From sequence record OQ845957.1: DNA of 64,000 nucleotides; one strand, given 5' to 3'. The position numbers and the translations under genes were made by a program. Positions 20,563 through 29,425 of the stretch are shown piece after piece. How positions within the stretch are numbered: position 1 is the first letter of the stretch; each line of letters begins with the position of its first letter. This DNA is from Escherichia phage pEC-M719-6WT.1. The notes under the pieces were generated by a model, which was not told where the DNA came from, ran no database searches, and worked only from the letters and a program-made list of their open reading frames with translations.

Positions 20563-22914
20563 ATGGCTGAATACAAACTAAGTGAACTAAACAGTGTTGA
20601 TACAGTTCGCTCAGACGACCTATTACATTTGAGAGTTATTAAAAGACCTGAAATGTTAGGTGACGAAGACCGTAAAATTACTTACGCAAATTTTCTAGCC
20701 TCATTTAGACTTGAAAGATTCCTGCAATTATCTGGTGGAAATATGACAGGTAATTTGGGAATTGTGAAGTTAACTTACGGTGGAAAAGATTTATTTGACC
20801 CTACAAATTCTTCTGAAATTTCTATTGGGGATACTGCAAAGACTTTTAAAGTTAATGCAAATGGTCTTGCTTTAAAAGTTGCCGATGCAACAAGAACTGC
20901 ATTTGTTTATCACACTCTGAATAAACCAAGTCCAGCAGATTTGGGTATGAGAACAAATGCTGAAAATGATGCAAGATATGCTATTAAGAATGCAGAGAAC
21001 ACCTTTGCAGCTAGACAGATTGTTAATATTAACGGTGCTGGTATTACCCTGAAAAGTATCTTACCAGATACTGGAGCATATTTTGAAGCAAGAGACTCTA
21101 ACAATGCTTTGAGATTTACTGTAGGTAACTTGGATGCAAGTTCAGATGTTACTTTAGTGAACAGTAAAGGTGCTAAGTTGACTCTTGGTTCAAACTCTGT
21201 TAGTGTTGATAAGAGTTTTGTGATTACTGGACAAGTTCAACCAAGTGACTTTGCAAACTTTGATGCAAGATACTTCACTCAGAATGCTGCTGACCAAAGA
21301 TTTGTAAGACTGACTTCAAATAACACCTTATCGGGTGCTAACAATTTCACAAACTATCAGACAATCATTTCTGATGGGGCTTTGCTGAGATTGAAGCCAG
21401 CTACAGCAAATGGCGCAGTGTTTGTTCAAGCCTACGCAGGTTCTGGCTCAGAGTCTTGGTATCTTGGTCAACCTGACGGGACTAAGCAGGATGTTAACTT
21501 GTTTAACCAGATGACAGGTGCAACTATGAGACTCTCTACAGAGTTCTTCTTCAGTAAAGCACTAAACGTTACTGGACAGGTTAAGCCAAGTGATTTCTCT
21601 AATTTTGATTCAAGATATGTACCAAGTTCTCTGACAAGCGTTATTGCTAGAACTAACTCTGCAAACACTTTTAATGGTTATCAAGCTATTATTTCTGATG
21701 AAACTCCACTTCTTCTTAAGAATAGCACACTGAATGCTCCTTTGTACATCTCAGGTATTAATGCCAATAATGTAAGAAGATGGTATCTTGGTAATGGTAG
21801 CCCAAATAACCCAGAAAGTTTATTTTTATCTAATGATACAACTGGTGCAGCTATTGTATTAAGTAACACTATTAATGTAACTAAAACAGTGTCAATTACT
21901 GGTCAAGTTCAGCCAAGTGACTTCTCAAACTTTGATTCAAGATATTACACAAAAGGTGTTTCAGATTCAAGGTTTATGAATACAACTGCAATTGGTGCTG
22001 CTGCGGCTGCTGATGGTGGTGTTTTATGGAATGCTAAAACAGGTTTGTATAGCCTGACTACGGAAACTGGTGGTTCAACAGACTTACTTTTGCATCTATT
22101 CCAAGGAACATCTTCTACACCATCTGCACAATTAAGGGTAAGGTACAGAAACGGTGGTGTTTGGTATAGGAGTGCCAGAGATGGTTATGGTTTTGAAGAA
22201 TCTTGGACAAAAATCTACAACGAGCGCGACAAACCAACACCTGCTGAATTGGGGGCTTATACTAAAGCTGAAACTGACCAGAAGATTGCAACAGCTATCA
22301 CAAACTCTACAGACCTTAATATGATTTACCCTGTGGGTATGGTTACACTTTTTGCCTCTAATGTCAACCCTAACGTAGCCTTTGCAGGAACTACTTGGAC
22401 TTACTTGGCAAATGGACAGTTCAGAACTATTAGGGTAGCTGCTGAGGATGGTTCAGATGTTGGTTCAATTGGTGGTTCAGACTCTAGAACACTTTCTGTA
22501 GGCAACATCCCAAGCCATACACATAGCTTCTCTGCAACCACAAGCTCATTTGACTATGGTACAAAAACATCTAATACAACTGGTGCTCACACTCACACAG
22601 TAAGTGGTAGTGCAGGTTCTGCTGGTGCTCACACACACACAGTTAGTGGAGTATGGACAAGTAGTACAAAACGTAGTGGTGGTTCTGATTGGAATACTCC
22701 TTCTACTGTTAGTACTGTAACGTCATCATCATCTGGTGCTCACACTCACTCCGTTAGTGGTACTGCTGCAAGTAATGGTAACCATGCTCATACAGTTAAT
22801 ATTGGTGCTCACGACCACACTTTCAGTGGTAATACTGATGGTACGGGTTCTGGTGCAGCATTTGACGTCACTAACGCATTCATTAAATTGATGGCATGGG
22901 TTAGAACTGCGTAA
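20563..22914 (+). CDS. Tail fibre protein (long) with three internal ~110 aa repeats and HxH-repeat C-terminal tip
   Basis: 783 aa; TGQVQPSDF.NFD.RY motif three times; C-terminal GAHTHTVSG repeats. Confidence 0.7.
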   Translation: MAEYKLSELNSVDTVRSDDLLHLRVIKRPEMLGDEDRKITYANFLASFRLERFLQLSGGNMTGNLGIVKLTYGGKDLFDPTNSSEISIGDTAKTFKVNANGLALKVADATRTAFVYHTLNKPSPADLGMRTNAENDARYAIKNAENTFAARQIVNINGAGITLKSILPDTGAYFEARDSNNALRFTVGNLDASSDVTLVNSKGAKLTLGSNSVSVDKSFVITGQVQPSDFANFDARYFTQNAADQRFVRLTSNNTLSGANNFTNYQTIISDGALLRLKPATANGAVFVQAYAGSGSESWYLGQPDGTKQDVNLFNQMTGATMRLSTEFFFSKALNVTGQVKPSDFSNFDSRYVPSSLTSVIARTNSANTFNGYQAIISDETPLLLKNSTLNAPLYISGINANNVRRWYLGNGSPNNPESLFLSNDTTGAAIVLSNTINVTKTVSITGQVQPSDFSNFDSRYYTKGVSDSRFMNTTAIGAAAAADGGVLWNAKTGLYSLTTETGGSTDLLLHLFQGTSSTPSAQLRVRYRNGGVWYRSARDGYGFEESWTKIYNERDKPTPAELGAYTKAETDQKIATAITNSTDLNMIYPVGMVTLFASNVNPNVAFAGTTWTYLANGQFRTIRVAAEDGSDVGSIGGSDSRTLSVGNIPSHTHSFSATTSSFDYGTKTSNTTGAHTHTVSGSAGSAGAHTHTVSGVWTSSTKRSGGSDWNTPSTVSTVTSSSSGAHTHSVSGTAASNGNHAHTVNIGAHDHTFSGNTDGTGSGAAFDVTNAFIKLMAWVRTA

Positions 22915-23000
22915 TCAACTTATTGACTAATTGTTAAGATGGTGTTAATATTTCTTAGTAGGTATTCTCACCATCTTGGCTTAAGAAGTAAGGTGATTAA

Positions 23001-23195
23001 ATGCCAACTATCCTAGCAATCCTCTTAAAAAACCTTGGGGCATTCTTCTGGAAGCTTGCACTTTCTCTTCTAAGTGAATACATGATTGAAAAAGCGTTCT
23101 TCAGACTTGCAAGATACCTTGCGAGTAAGACTCACACGCCTATCGATGATGAATTTGTAGATAACTTGGAAAAAGCTTTTAAAGGTGAGAAATAA
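23001..23195 (+). CDS. Small hydrophobic protein (function unknown)
   Basis: 64 aa ORF with ATG and AAGGTGA RBS downstream of fibre genes. Confidence 0.45.
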   Translation: MPTILAILLKNLGAFFWKLALSLLSEYMIEKAFFRLARYLASKTHTPIDDEFVDNLEKAFKGEK

Positions 23196-23569
23196 TGAAG
23201 TGGTTAGAAGATGCTTTCAAGAATAATATCGGTGCAATTGTTGTAGGTATTTTCAGTGTAATTGGGATGTACACTACAATGCAGGTCTCTGACGGAAAGC
23301 AGGAAGTTTCCGTTTCGACAAAGTTACAACAGCTTGATAGTTACAGCAAAGGCAACTATTCAGCTATTCGTGATTTACAATCTGACATGAAACTCCTGCA
23401 ATTAGGCATGGAGAACCAGAAGGTTCAGTTAGAGAATGTAAAGGGTGAAAACGCCAAGTTGACCAAAACCCTTGATAAATTCTCTGACAGTGTTAACAAC
23501 CTAGCACAGTCTGTATCAGCTTTGCAAGCAATCACTGAACAGAACACTCAAAATGCTAAGAAAAAATAA
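23195..23569 (+). CDS. Membrane-anchored coiled-coil protein
   Basis: 124 aa; N-terminal hydrophobic helix (IGAIVVGIFSVIGMY) then coiled-coil. Confidence 0.5.
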   Translation: MKWLEDAFKNNIGAIVVGIFSVIGMYTTMQVSDGKQEVSVSTKLQQLDSYSKGNYSAIRDLQSDMKLLQLGMENQKVQLENVKGENAKLTKTLDKFSDSVNNLAQSVSALQAITEQNTQNAKKK

Positions 23570-23574
23570 GTTTA

Positions 23575-23601
23575 AGGCTCCCGTAAAAAGGAGCCTTTTT
23601 T
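23575..23601. terminator. Stem-loop terminator between convergent gene blocks
   Basis: AGGCTCC-CGTAAAAA-GGAGCCT followed by TTTTTT. Confidence 0.65.
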
Positions 23602-23608
23602 GTATCTA

Positions 23609-24505
23609 TCAACCTACTGACAAGGGAGCTTCAATCTTCCCTGCATGTCGATAGTCTTTGAAACCACCGATAAAGTCACTTGCAGTCATATGTTTGAGGT
23701 CATCCAGACATTTCAAATCTTGAACAATCTCAAACTTCGGTGCAGGAAACTCTTCATTACCTAAAAGCTGGAATACCTGATTCATGTGGTTCTGGTAAAT
23801 CTGAGTATCACCAAAAGTACCAATCAGATAACGAGGTGTATATCCAGTCATCTTGCAAAGCACTTCTAAGATAAAACCATAAGATGCAATGTTAAATGGC
23901 AAACCTAAGAAGCTGTCTACAGAACGTTGATACCATTTTAAATCCACTTCACCAGTATTCGAGATGTAAATCTGGAAAAGCACATGACAAGGTGGTAAAG
24001 CCATTGCATTAGCTGAGATATCAGCAGCATTCCAAGCATTAACCAGCATGTAACGGTCTGTAGGAGACTTTTTCATCTTGGTAATCAGATTGTCTAGCTG
24101 GTCAACTGTAACACCACCATGACCTTCTGAGGCTCTCCACTGTACACCGTAGATACGTCCACCTGCATCATCTAACCAATCTTGCTCGCTTGCATACGTT
24201 GTTTTAAGCCAGCGTCTAAAGTCATTTGTCCAGATTGTCCAACGCTCTCCATCGTTTTCTCCCCAAGTACGATAACGAAGATGACCAAGTTTATTCTCAC
24301 CGTTCAAGAACCATAAAGCTTCCCCGATAACTTGTCTGGTCAGAACCTGTTTAGAGGTCAGTAAAGGGAAACCAGTACGCATATCAAAACGAAACTCTGG
24401 AGGTGAGAACGTTGAAATTACAGAACCAGTTCTGGTTTTACGTTGCTCACCAACTGTTAAAACGTGGTTCAAGATATTTTTGTAGCTTACATCTGCTTGT
24501 GACAT
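23609..24505 (-). CDS. thyA: Thymidylate synthase
   Basis: 298 aa; LPPCH active-site motif and LGLPFNIASY motif present. Confidence 0.9.
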   Translation of the reverse strand: MSQADVSYKNILNHVLTVGEQRKTRTGSVISTFSPPEFRFDMRTGFPLLTSKQVLTRQVIGEALWFLNGENKLGHLRYRTWGENDGERWTIWTNDFRRWLKTTYASEQDWLDDAGGRIYGVQWRASEGHGGVTVDQLDNLITKMKKSPTDRYMLVNAWNAADISANAMALPPCHVLFQIYISNTGEVDLKWYQRSVDSFLGLPFNIASYGFILEVLCKMTGYTPRYLIGTFGDTQIYQNHMNQVFQLLGNEEFPAPKFEIVQDLKCLDDLKHMTASDFIGGFKDYRHAGKIEAPLSVG

Positions 24506-24506
24506 A

Positions 24507-25052
24507 TCAGAATCGTCCTCTTACTTGTGGAACATAAATGTTGAATACAACGCTGTCATCCTTCGATGGTTTTGACTGTATTCTAGCAAAGGTTGACTCA
24601 TCATACAAGTACTCAAAGAAACCCTTGTAAGGAAGCTTCACAGTTGCTTCTTCAGTGACTTCACGAATATATGTTTGGCAAACTGCATCTGCATATGGTA
24701 AAGCTTGGATTAGAATGCTTACCCCGCCAATTATACAAACATCTTGCTCGATACTATTATCAAGATGTTTTAAGAATGCCCCAAAAGCGTCTGAATGAAC
24801 CTTAGCAAACATTACATCTTCTCTACCAAAATCTATACCTTCATACGGTAATGAGTTTGTCAGAACAAGATTATCACGGTCTGGTAAAGGTTTGCTTCCA
24901 AGACTCTTGAAAGTGTCATTACCCATAACTACCAATTGACCTGTGGTAATCTTTTTGAACTCTTGCATGTCTTGCTTATTACGAGGCCAAGGCATACCAG
25001 AAGGGCAACCAAACTCCCCGTTAAGGCCATTTGCAAAAACTAATTTAATCAT
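24507..25052 (-). CDS. Dihydrofolate reductase
   Basis: 181 aa; DHFR-like N-terminus (GMPWP, VVMGNDTFKSLG, PLPDRDNLVLT). Confidence 0.8.
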   Translation of the reverse strand: MIKLVFANGLNGEFGCPSGMPWPRNKQDMQEFKKITTGQLVVMGNDTFKSLGSKPLPDRDNLVLTNSLPYEGIDFGREDVMFAKVHSDAFGAFLKHLDNSIEQDVCIIGGVSILIQALPYADAVCQTYIREVTEEATVKLPYKGFFEYLYDESTFARIQSKPSKDDSVVFNIYVPQVRGRF

Positions 25053-25321
25053 TGTGTGAACCCATTTACAATAAACCAGTTAGCAATATTCTTCACAGTT
25101 CTTACTGGATGGAACACTAAACGTGGTTGTGGTTGATAACTACCATAAGCCCAGAAAGAGATGATGTTATTACAATCAGTGCAACGTGTGTACTCTTCTG
25201 CTACATTACCTGTGACAATCTCTGTAACCTCACCTTGGAAATTTGTACCCCCACAATGGGGGCATTTTAAAGGTTCGCCGTCTTGACTGTAGCATTGCTC
25301 AAACTTCTCAAACAGTTTCAT
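25049..25321 (-). CDS. Small zinc-ribbon protein
   Basis: 90 aa; CPHCGG ... CTDCNN cysteine pairs. Confidence 0.5.
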   Translation of the reverse strand: MKLFEKFEQCYSQDGEPLKCPHCGGTNFQGEVTEIVTGNVAEEYTRCTDCNNIISFWAYGSYQPQPRLVFHPVRTVKNIANWFIVNGFTQ

Positions 25322-25839
25322 TTTTTATTCACCTTAAAAGTTTGCTGGATATCAACTACAAAATCTAAGTCATCATGTTCACTTGAACAGAAATCTGTAA
25401 AGTGTTTTGGAACAAAGCTTAGGAACTCCATAGAGCCATAATCACCAGTTAAGGTAATTGAATAGCCATTAGGACATTCAGCGTTTACCACATGTCTTCC
25501 AGCAATAGGCTTAACAATCTCTCTGATATCCTCTATGAAGATATTCAGCAGTGCTTTAAAGCTTTTAGGGTACTGTGTACCAGTGTACAACTCAATGCTT
25601 GCATCCAAACTCACAGTTATGGATTTAGAATCTCTCAACTCAGTTGTAAACAAATGAGATGGAAGAATGCACAGTGAGTCTCCAGTATCTGAATCAACAA
25701 AATCTATAGTTCCAGCATCATAGTTTGTCTCTATCAAAAACTCACCTTCAAGCAAGTTACGATTTTTTAAATGGCTAAGAATCGTACTTTTAAGCAAGAC
25801 TGCTTCGGGTTGCTCTAGTGTAGTTCCTATCTTCTGCAT
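25318..25839 (-). CDS. Hypothetical protein
   Basis: 173 aa ORF, overlapping (coupled) starts/stops with neighbours. Confidence 0.5.
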   Translation of the reverse strand: MQKIGTTLEQPEAVLLKSTILSHLKNRNLLEGEFLIETNYDAGTIDFVDSDTGDSLCILPSHLFTTELRDSKSITVSLDASIELYTGTQYPKSFKALLNIFIEDIREIVKPIAGRHVVNAECPNGYSITLTGDYGSMEFLSFVPKHFTDFCSSEHDDLDFVVDIQQTFKVNKK

Positions 25840-25840
25840 A

Positions 25841-26344
25841 TCAAACCTCTACAAATGTTTGCTTCACGTTATCGTATGAGTAGAATTTTATACACTTTTG
25901 AGTATTCCAGTCAACCTTTTCTTTGTAAGAGATACCTTTTGAGATTCTCTTACCAAGAGTTTGATAGATGATATCTCGCAGCTTTCTGTACTCAGGTGCA
26001 TCATCTAAAACTTTTGCATCTGTAGTTGCCTTGTAACCATCTATAGAACGTTGATTCCAATCCTGCTGAGTTGGTGACATTGGCTTGTAAAGCTGTGGTA
26101 GATGGTTGTAAAGCATGTTACCTTCTTCTAAAGCAAGCTTCAGTTGGTGAAGATACTCATTCAAACGACCATCCTCTTCAAGCCATTCATACAGAGACTG
26201 TAAAGCTCCTAGATTGTTATTGTAATGTGCAGCACGTTTCACAGAACCTTTGTCAGTACGATAAGGTGACTTTGGCAGACTCAGTATCTGACCTTTCAAC
26301 ACATTAAACCCAAAGACCAAATCTATTTTCATGGGAAGAGACAT
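25841..26344 (-). CDS. Hypothetical protein
   Basis: 167 aa ORF. Confidence 0.5.
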   Translation of the reverse strand: MSLPMKIDLVFGFNVLKGQILSLPKSPYRTDKGSVKRAAHYNNNLGALQSLYEWLEEDGRLNEYLHQLKLALEEGNMLYNHLPQLYKPMSPTQQDWNQRSIDGYKATTDAKVLDDAPEYRKLRDIIYQTLGKRISKGISYKEKVDWNTQKCIKFYSYDNVKQTFVEV

Positions 26345-26688
26345 TTGATATCCTCATTTTTAAATACAAAAGTTGTGTAGTTAGTACCTTCAACATCTAA
26401 CCAGATAGCAGTAGCATCAACACCATCAAGGTTGTTGAAAAGTTCTTTGATGAACGAGTTACGAACATCCTTTGCACAGGTTGTCTCAAGTTTAATGTTT
26501 GAGATTGCTGAACCAATTGCCATATAGCCTTTGACACGATTCTTCTCAGAATGCTTGATATCACCTTTCTGTAGTTTAGCAATCATCTCTACAAGAATCC
26601 CATGCCCCCATACCTTCTCAGCCTCTGTAGGCTTACTATAAAAACCAATTGCAAAGTTGCCTTTAAAGATTGCATTTTCACGTTTCAT
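26329..26688 (-). CDS. Hypothetical protein
   Basis: 119 aa ORF. Confidence 0.5.
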   Translation of the reverse strand: MKRENAIFKGNFAIGFYSKPTEAEKVWGHGILVEMIAKLQKGDIKHSEKNRVKGYMAIGSAISNIKLETTCAKDVRNSFIKELFNNLDGVDATAIWLDVEGTNYTTFVFKNEDIKCLFP

Positions 26689-26689
26689 A

Positions 26690-26989
26690 CTAATCTACCT
26701 TACTTAAGTTGAAGTTTAAGCCAAGTTTATCACAAACACTAATCATGTAGTCAAGAGATACTTTCCCACTACCATTCAGAATGTTTGAGACTCTGGCTTG
26801 AGATATTTCACAAATCTTTGCTACCTGAATCTGTGAAAGGTTGTTTCTTTTCATGTGGATGTTTAACTTTTCAGAGATGTAAAACTTCATCTCATCAACA
26901 TCCATTCCTGCTATATAAGCTTCCATTTCAGCCTCTCTATCTGCCCCCCAATCATCTTGAGGTGCATAAGGGTCAAAGATACTATTCAT
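26690..26989 (-). CDS. XRE-family helix-turn-helix DNA-binding protein
   Basis: 99 aa; LSQIQVAKICEISQARVSNILNG helix-turn-helix-like segment. Confidence 0.55.
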   Translation of the reverse strand: MNSIFDPYAPQDDWGADREAEMEAYIAGMDVDEMKFYISEKLNIHMKRNNLSQIQVAKICEISQARVSNILNGSGKVSLDYMISVCDKLGLNFNLSKVD

Positions 26990-27185
26990 CTTTCTTTCTC
27001 CGTTTACGAGAAGTGTCGATTAACGAATCAAGGTTAGTAGCTCTAACTTGTTCACGAGTACCATTGATGTAGTTATCAAGGGACTCTACAACAGTGTTGA
27101 AGTCTTTAGCCCAAACTCTGTAAATAACTACGCCGTCATCGTCAATAACTTCACCATAGTCTACTCTACAGATACTCTTCTTCAT
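26982..27185 (-). CDS. Small hypothetical protein, overlaps HTH gene by 8 nt
   Basis: 67 aa ORF, basic C-terminus. Confidence 0.45.
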   Translation of the reverse strand: MKKSICRVDYGEVIDDDGVVIYRVWAKDFNTVVESLDNYINGTREQVRATNLDSLIDTSRKRRKKDE

Positions 27186-27562
27186 TGTGGAAGACCCATG
27201 CAGTGACGGTTAATGATAAAGTGTTCAACACCGTCTAAAGCACCCTGAGAAACGTGCTCTTTCACAACTTCAATTTCAGCAATCTGCTCAGGGTTAAGAA
27301 CGTCAATGTTTTCTGTAACCATCATATCAGAAACATCAAGGTAGTACTGCCCCATTGTGTGGTAATTGAAATCAATTATCTTGTCAGTTAATTCATAAAC
27401 AGTGTCTTGAGAAATTGGCTTGGTCAATTCTCCAGCTTTAGAAACAACCTTTTTAGCAACCTGACAAGCTTCTACTCTGACGTTGTTGTAATCAATCTTT
27501 GGCATATCTGCATAAGCATTGAGGCTTAGTGCTGCAAAGAGACATAATGTAATCTTTTTCAT
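27182..27562 (-). CDS. Secreted/periplasmic protein
   Basis: 126 aa; N-terminal signal peptide MKKITLCLFAALSLNAYA with AYA-D cleavage-like site. Confidence 0.55.
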   Translation of the reverse strand: MKKITLCLFAALSLNAYADMPKIDYNNVRVEACQVAKKVVSKAGELTKPISQDTVYELTDKIIDFNYHTMGQYYLDVSDMMVTENIDVLNPEQIAEIEVVKEHVSQGALDGVEHFIINRHCMGLPQ

Positions 27563-27737
27563 AACTTACTCCTATATAATATTTTGTATATCTACGAGTA
27601 TAAAAATAAGCTATAACACCTGACTTGTCAACAGATTTTATAGCTTATTTGGCAGATTTTTTATAAGGCTACTGCCATCCTTCCATACCTTACCACACAA
27701 GACCAAACCATGCCGTACTCCACTTCACAGTACCAAG

Positions 27738-27775
27738 CATCACTTAAAAATCCTCTTAAAGACCCTTAAGTGATG
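27738..27775. promoter_or_regulatory. Palindrome CATCACTTAA-N18-TTAAGTGATG (copy 1)
   Basis: Perfect 10-bp inverted arms read directly from sequence. Confidence 0.6.
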
Positions 27776-27824
27776 TAAGTCTCATTTTAATGTAGCTGAG
27801 ACTAACTACCCATACCATGCCTTA

Positions 27825-27892
27825 CACCACCGAACCACACCAAACCACACCAAACCATACCAAACCATACCAAACCATACCATACCAAACCA
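27825..27892. repeat. Tandem ~10-bp repeat array (CAAACCA[C/T]AC x ~6-7)
   Basis: Direct reading: ccaccgaacc acaccaaacc acaccaaacc ataccaaacc ataccaaacc ataccatacc aaacc. Confidence 0.8.
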
Positions 27893-27916
27893 GAGCCTAC
27901 TATACCATACCGAACC

Positions 27917-27953
27917 TCACTTAAAAACCCTCTTAGAAGACTCTTAAGTGATG
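27917..27953. promoter_or_regulatory. Palindrome TCACTTAA-N19-TTAAGTGA (copy 2 of flanking palindrome)
   Basis: Near-identical to copy 1 including loop (AAAACCCTCTTAGAAGACTC vs AAATCCTCTTAAAGACCC). Confidence 0.6.
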
Positions 27954-28017
27954 CTGGTGAGTACCCGTTGGTTTATGCTGCTCAGTATACTCACCAAATT
28001 TTCTATGTCAACAACTT

Positions 28018-29118
28018 TTATTCATAATCTCGAATAACTAACCCAACAGGGAACTGTAAAGAACCCTTACGAGTCATCTTCTGGAACTGAACCGTTAAAG
28101 GTTTCCCGATAAACTCTTCAGGATGTTCAGCAAGATACTGTTTCTTCTCATGGGTAGTCTTCCATGAAACATCTACAAAGACATTAGGAAGAGTCTCTAC
28201 AACGAACTTACCATGACCACGCTTATCAGTCTTCACACCAGTTACTTTAAATTCCTCTGTGTGCATCTTCTTATGTTTAATCAGGAAGTAAGAACGGTGA
28301 CCACACTCATAGAAAGAATCTGCTGAAATGGAACGGTACATTGCCCCTTCAAACTTCAGCTTAACCCAATTATCATGGGCTTTGTCAAACTCTTCCCAAG
28401 AGTTAACACGTATAGTTTGAACAGGTACAACCTTGCAAGCATCGCCAAGTTCAACGATTGGTGAATTATCAATGATTTCACGTCGCTCAGGCCAAGACTT
28501 AGTGCTATCACAGATATCATACCAGTAGAACTTAAGAAGGTGACGGTCTGGATTGTCAGCATTCTTAATCATTGAAACAATATCTTCCAAATCCCAACCA
28601 TGAGCATAAATCTCACCATCGAAGTCTGCAACTTGTGGATGGCATTTAAGCAGTAAAAGTAAGTCTGGAATTAACTCTTCAGGTACGTTGTACACAGTAT
28701 TTTCACGGGAATAAGCTGTGAAGTTCACTGAGTCAACATCTCTTGAAATCCTGCAACGAACACCATCAAGTTTTGGTTGAGCGTCAGCAGGGAATTTCAA
28801 ATACTTTGCATGACTAACCTTGGAAGCATCATGAGCAAGCTGTACACCTACCTTTTCAGTATTCTGTGCAGACTCTTTTGTGTAAGCATAACCTTTGCGG
28901 TCAACTTGCTTCTTGTACTTAGCAGCAACTTCAAAGAGAGCTTGCTGTTCAGCGTTACGCTCATTCTTTTTACCGATGTTTTTCGGTTCTGCTGTGTACT
29001 CTTCAAACATCATCTTGCCATTCTCTTTACCATAGGTGGTAACAACTTTGTCACCTACAGCAACACATGACCAGACGTTAAAGGAACCATCTTTATTTTG
29101 TTTGTACAGAATTGTCAT
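28018..29118 (-). CDS. ATP-dependent DNA ligase
   Basis: 366 aa; nucleotidyltransferase motif I KLDGVRC (KxDGxR); size similar to T7-type ligase. Confidence 0.7.
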   Translation of the reverse strand: MTILYKQNKDGSFNVWSCVAVGDKVVTTYGKENGKMMFEEYTAEPKNIGKKNERNAEQQALFEVAAKYKKQVDRKGYAYTKESAQNTEKVGVQLAHDASKVSHAKYLKFPADAQPKLDGVRCRISRDVDSVNFTAYSRENTVYNVPEELIPDLLLLLKCHPQVADFDGEIYAHGWDLEDIVSMIKNADNPDRHLLKFYWYDICDSTKSWPERREIIDNSPIVELGDACKVVPVQTIRVNSWEEFDKAHDNWVKLKFEGAMYRSISADSFYECGHRSYFLIKHKKMHTEEFKVTGVKTDKRGHGKFVVETLPNVFVDVSWKTTHEKKQYLAEHPEEFIGKPLTVQFQKMTRKGSLQFPVGLVIRDYE

Positions 29119-29209
29119 TTATTTCTTTCCTCACAAGCTATGCAGCCTTTTGAATAGAAGGAGTGCCAAGCACATCCACCAAAGTCTTCTTCAATGATAC
29201 TATAAATCT

Positions 29210-29416
29210 TCATTGCCATTTACCCTTTAAGTGTACATTAACAATTTGGTGGTCGTAGCCAGTTTTCAGTTTGTGTTCAATAAATTCAACTTTGTGCTTC
29301 CAACCATCAATTTCAACAATCTCACCTTCTCGTGGGATTACCGGATTTCTTTGAGCAACGGTTGTAGTAGAGTGGACAACATCATAACGGTAGATATAGT
29401 TTACTAAAACTTGCAT
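29210..29416 (-). CDS. Hypothetical protein
   Basis: 68 aa ORF. Confidence 0.4.
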   Translation of the reverse strand: MQVLVNYIYRYDVVHSTTTVAQRNPVIPREGEIVEIDGWKHKVEFIEHKLKTGYDHQIVNVHLKGKWQ

Positions 29417-29425
29417 AGGTTTTCC

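Noticed and set aside
23001-23569. Holin/spanin assignment for the two small membrane proteins after the tail fibre genes
   Set aside because: A clear embedded Rz/Rz1-like pair exists at 60072-60582, so these are more likely fibre-associated or other membrane proteins. No lipobox or dual-TM holin topology was evident.
27953-27961. Chi-like sequence GCTGGTGA beside the repeat element
   Set aside because: One mismatch from E. coli Chi (GCTGGTGG); a single near-match is expected by chance in 64 kb.
29117-29219. 34-codon minus-strand ORF (MAMKIYSIIEEDFGGCAWHSFYSKGCIACEERNK) whose stop overlaps the ligase ATG
   Set aside because: Very short and no clear RBS. It could be a translationally coupled leader peptide, but the evidence is insufficient.
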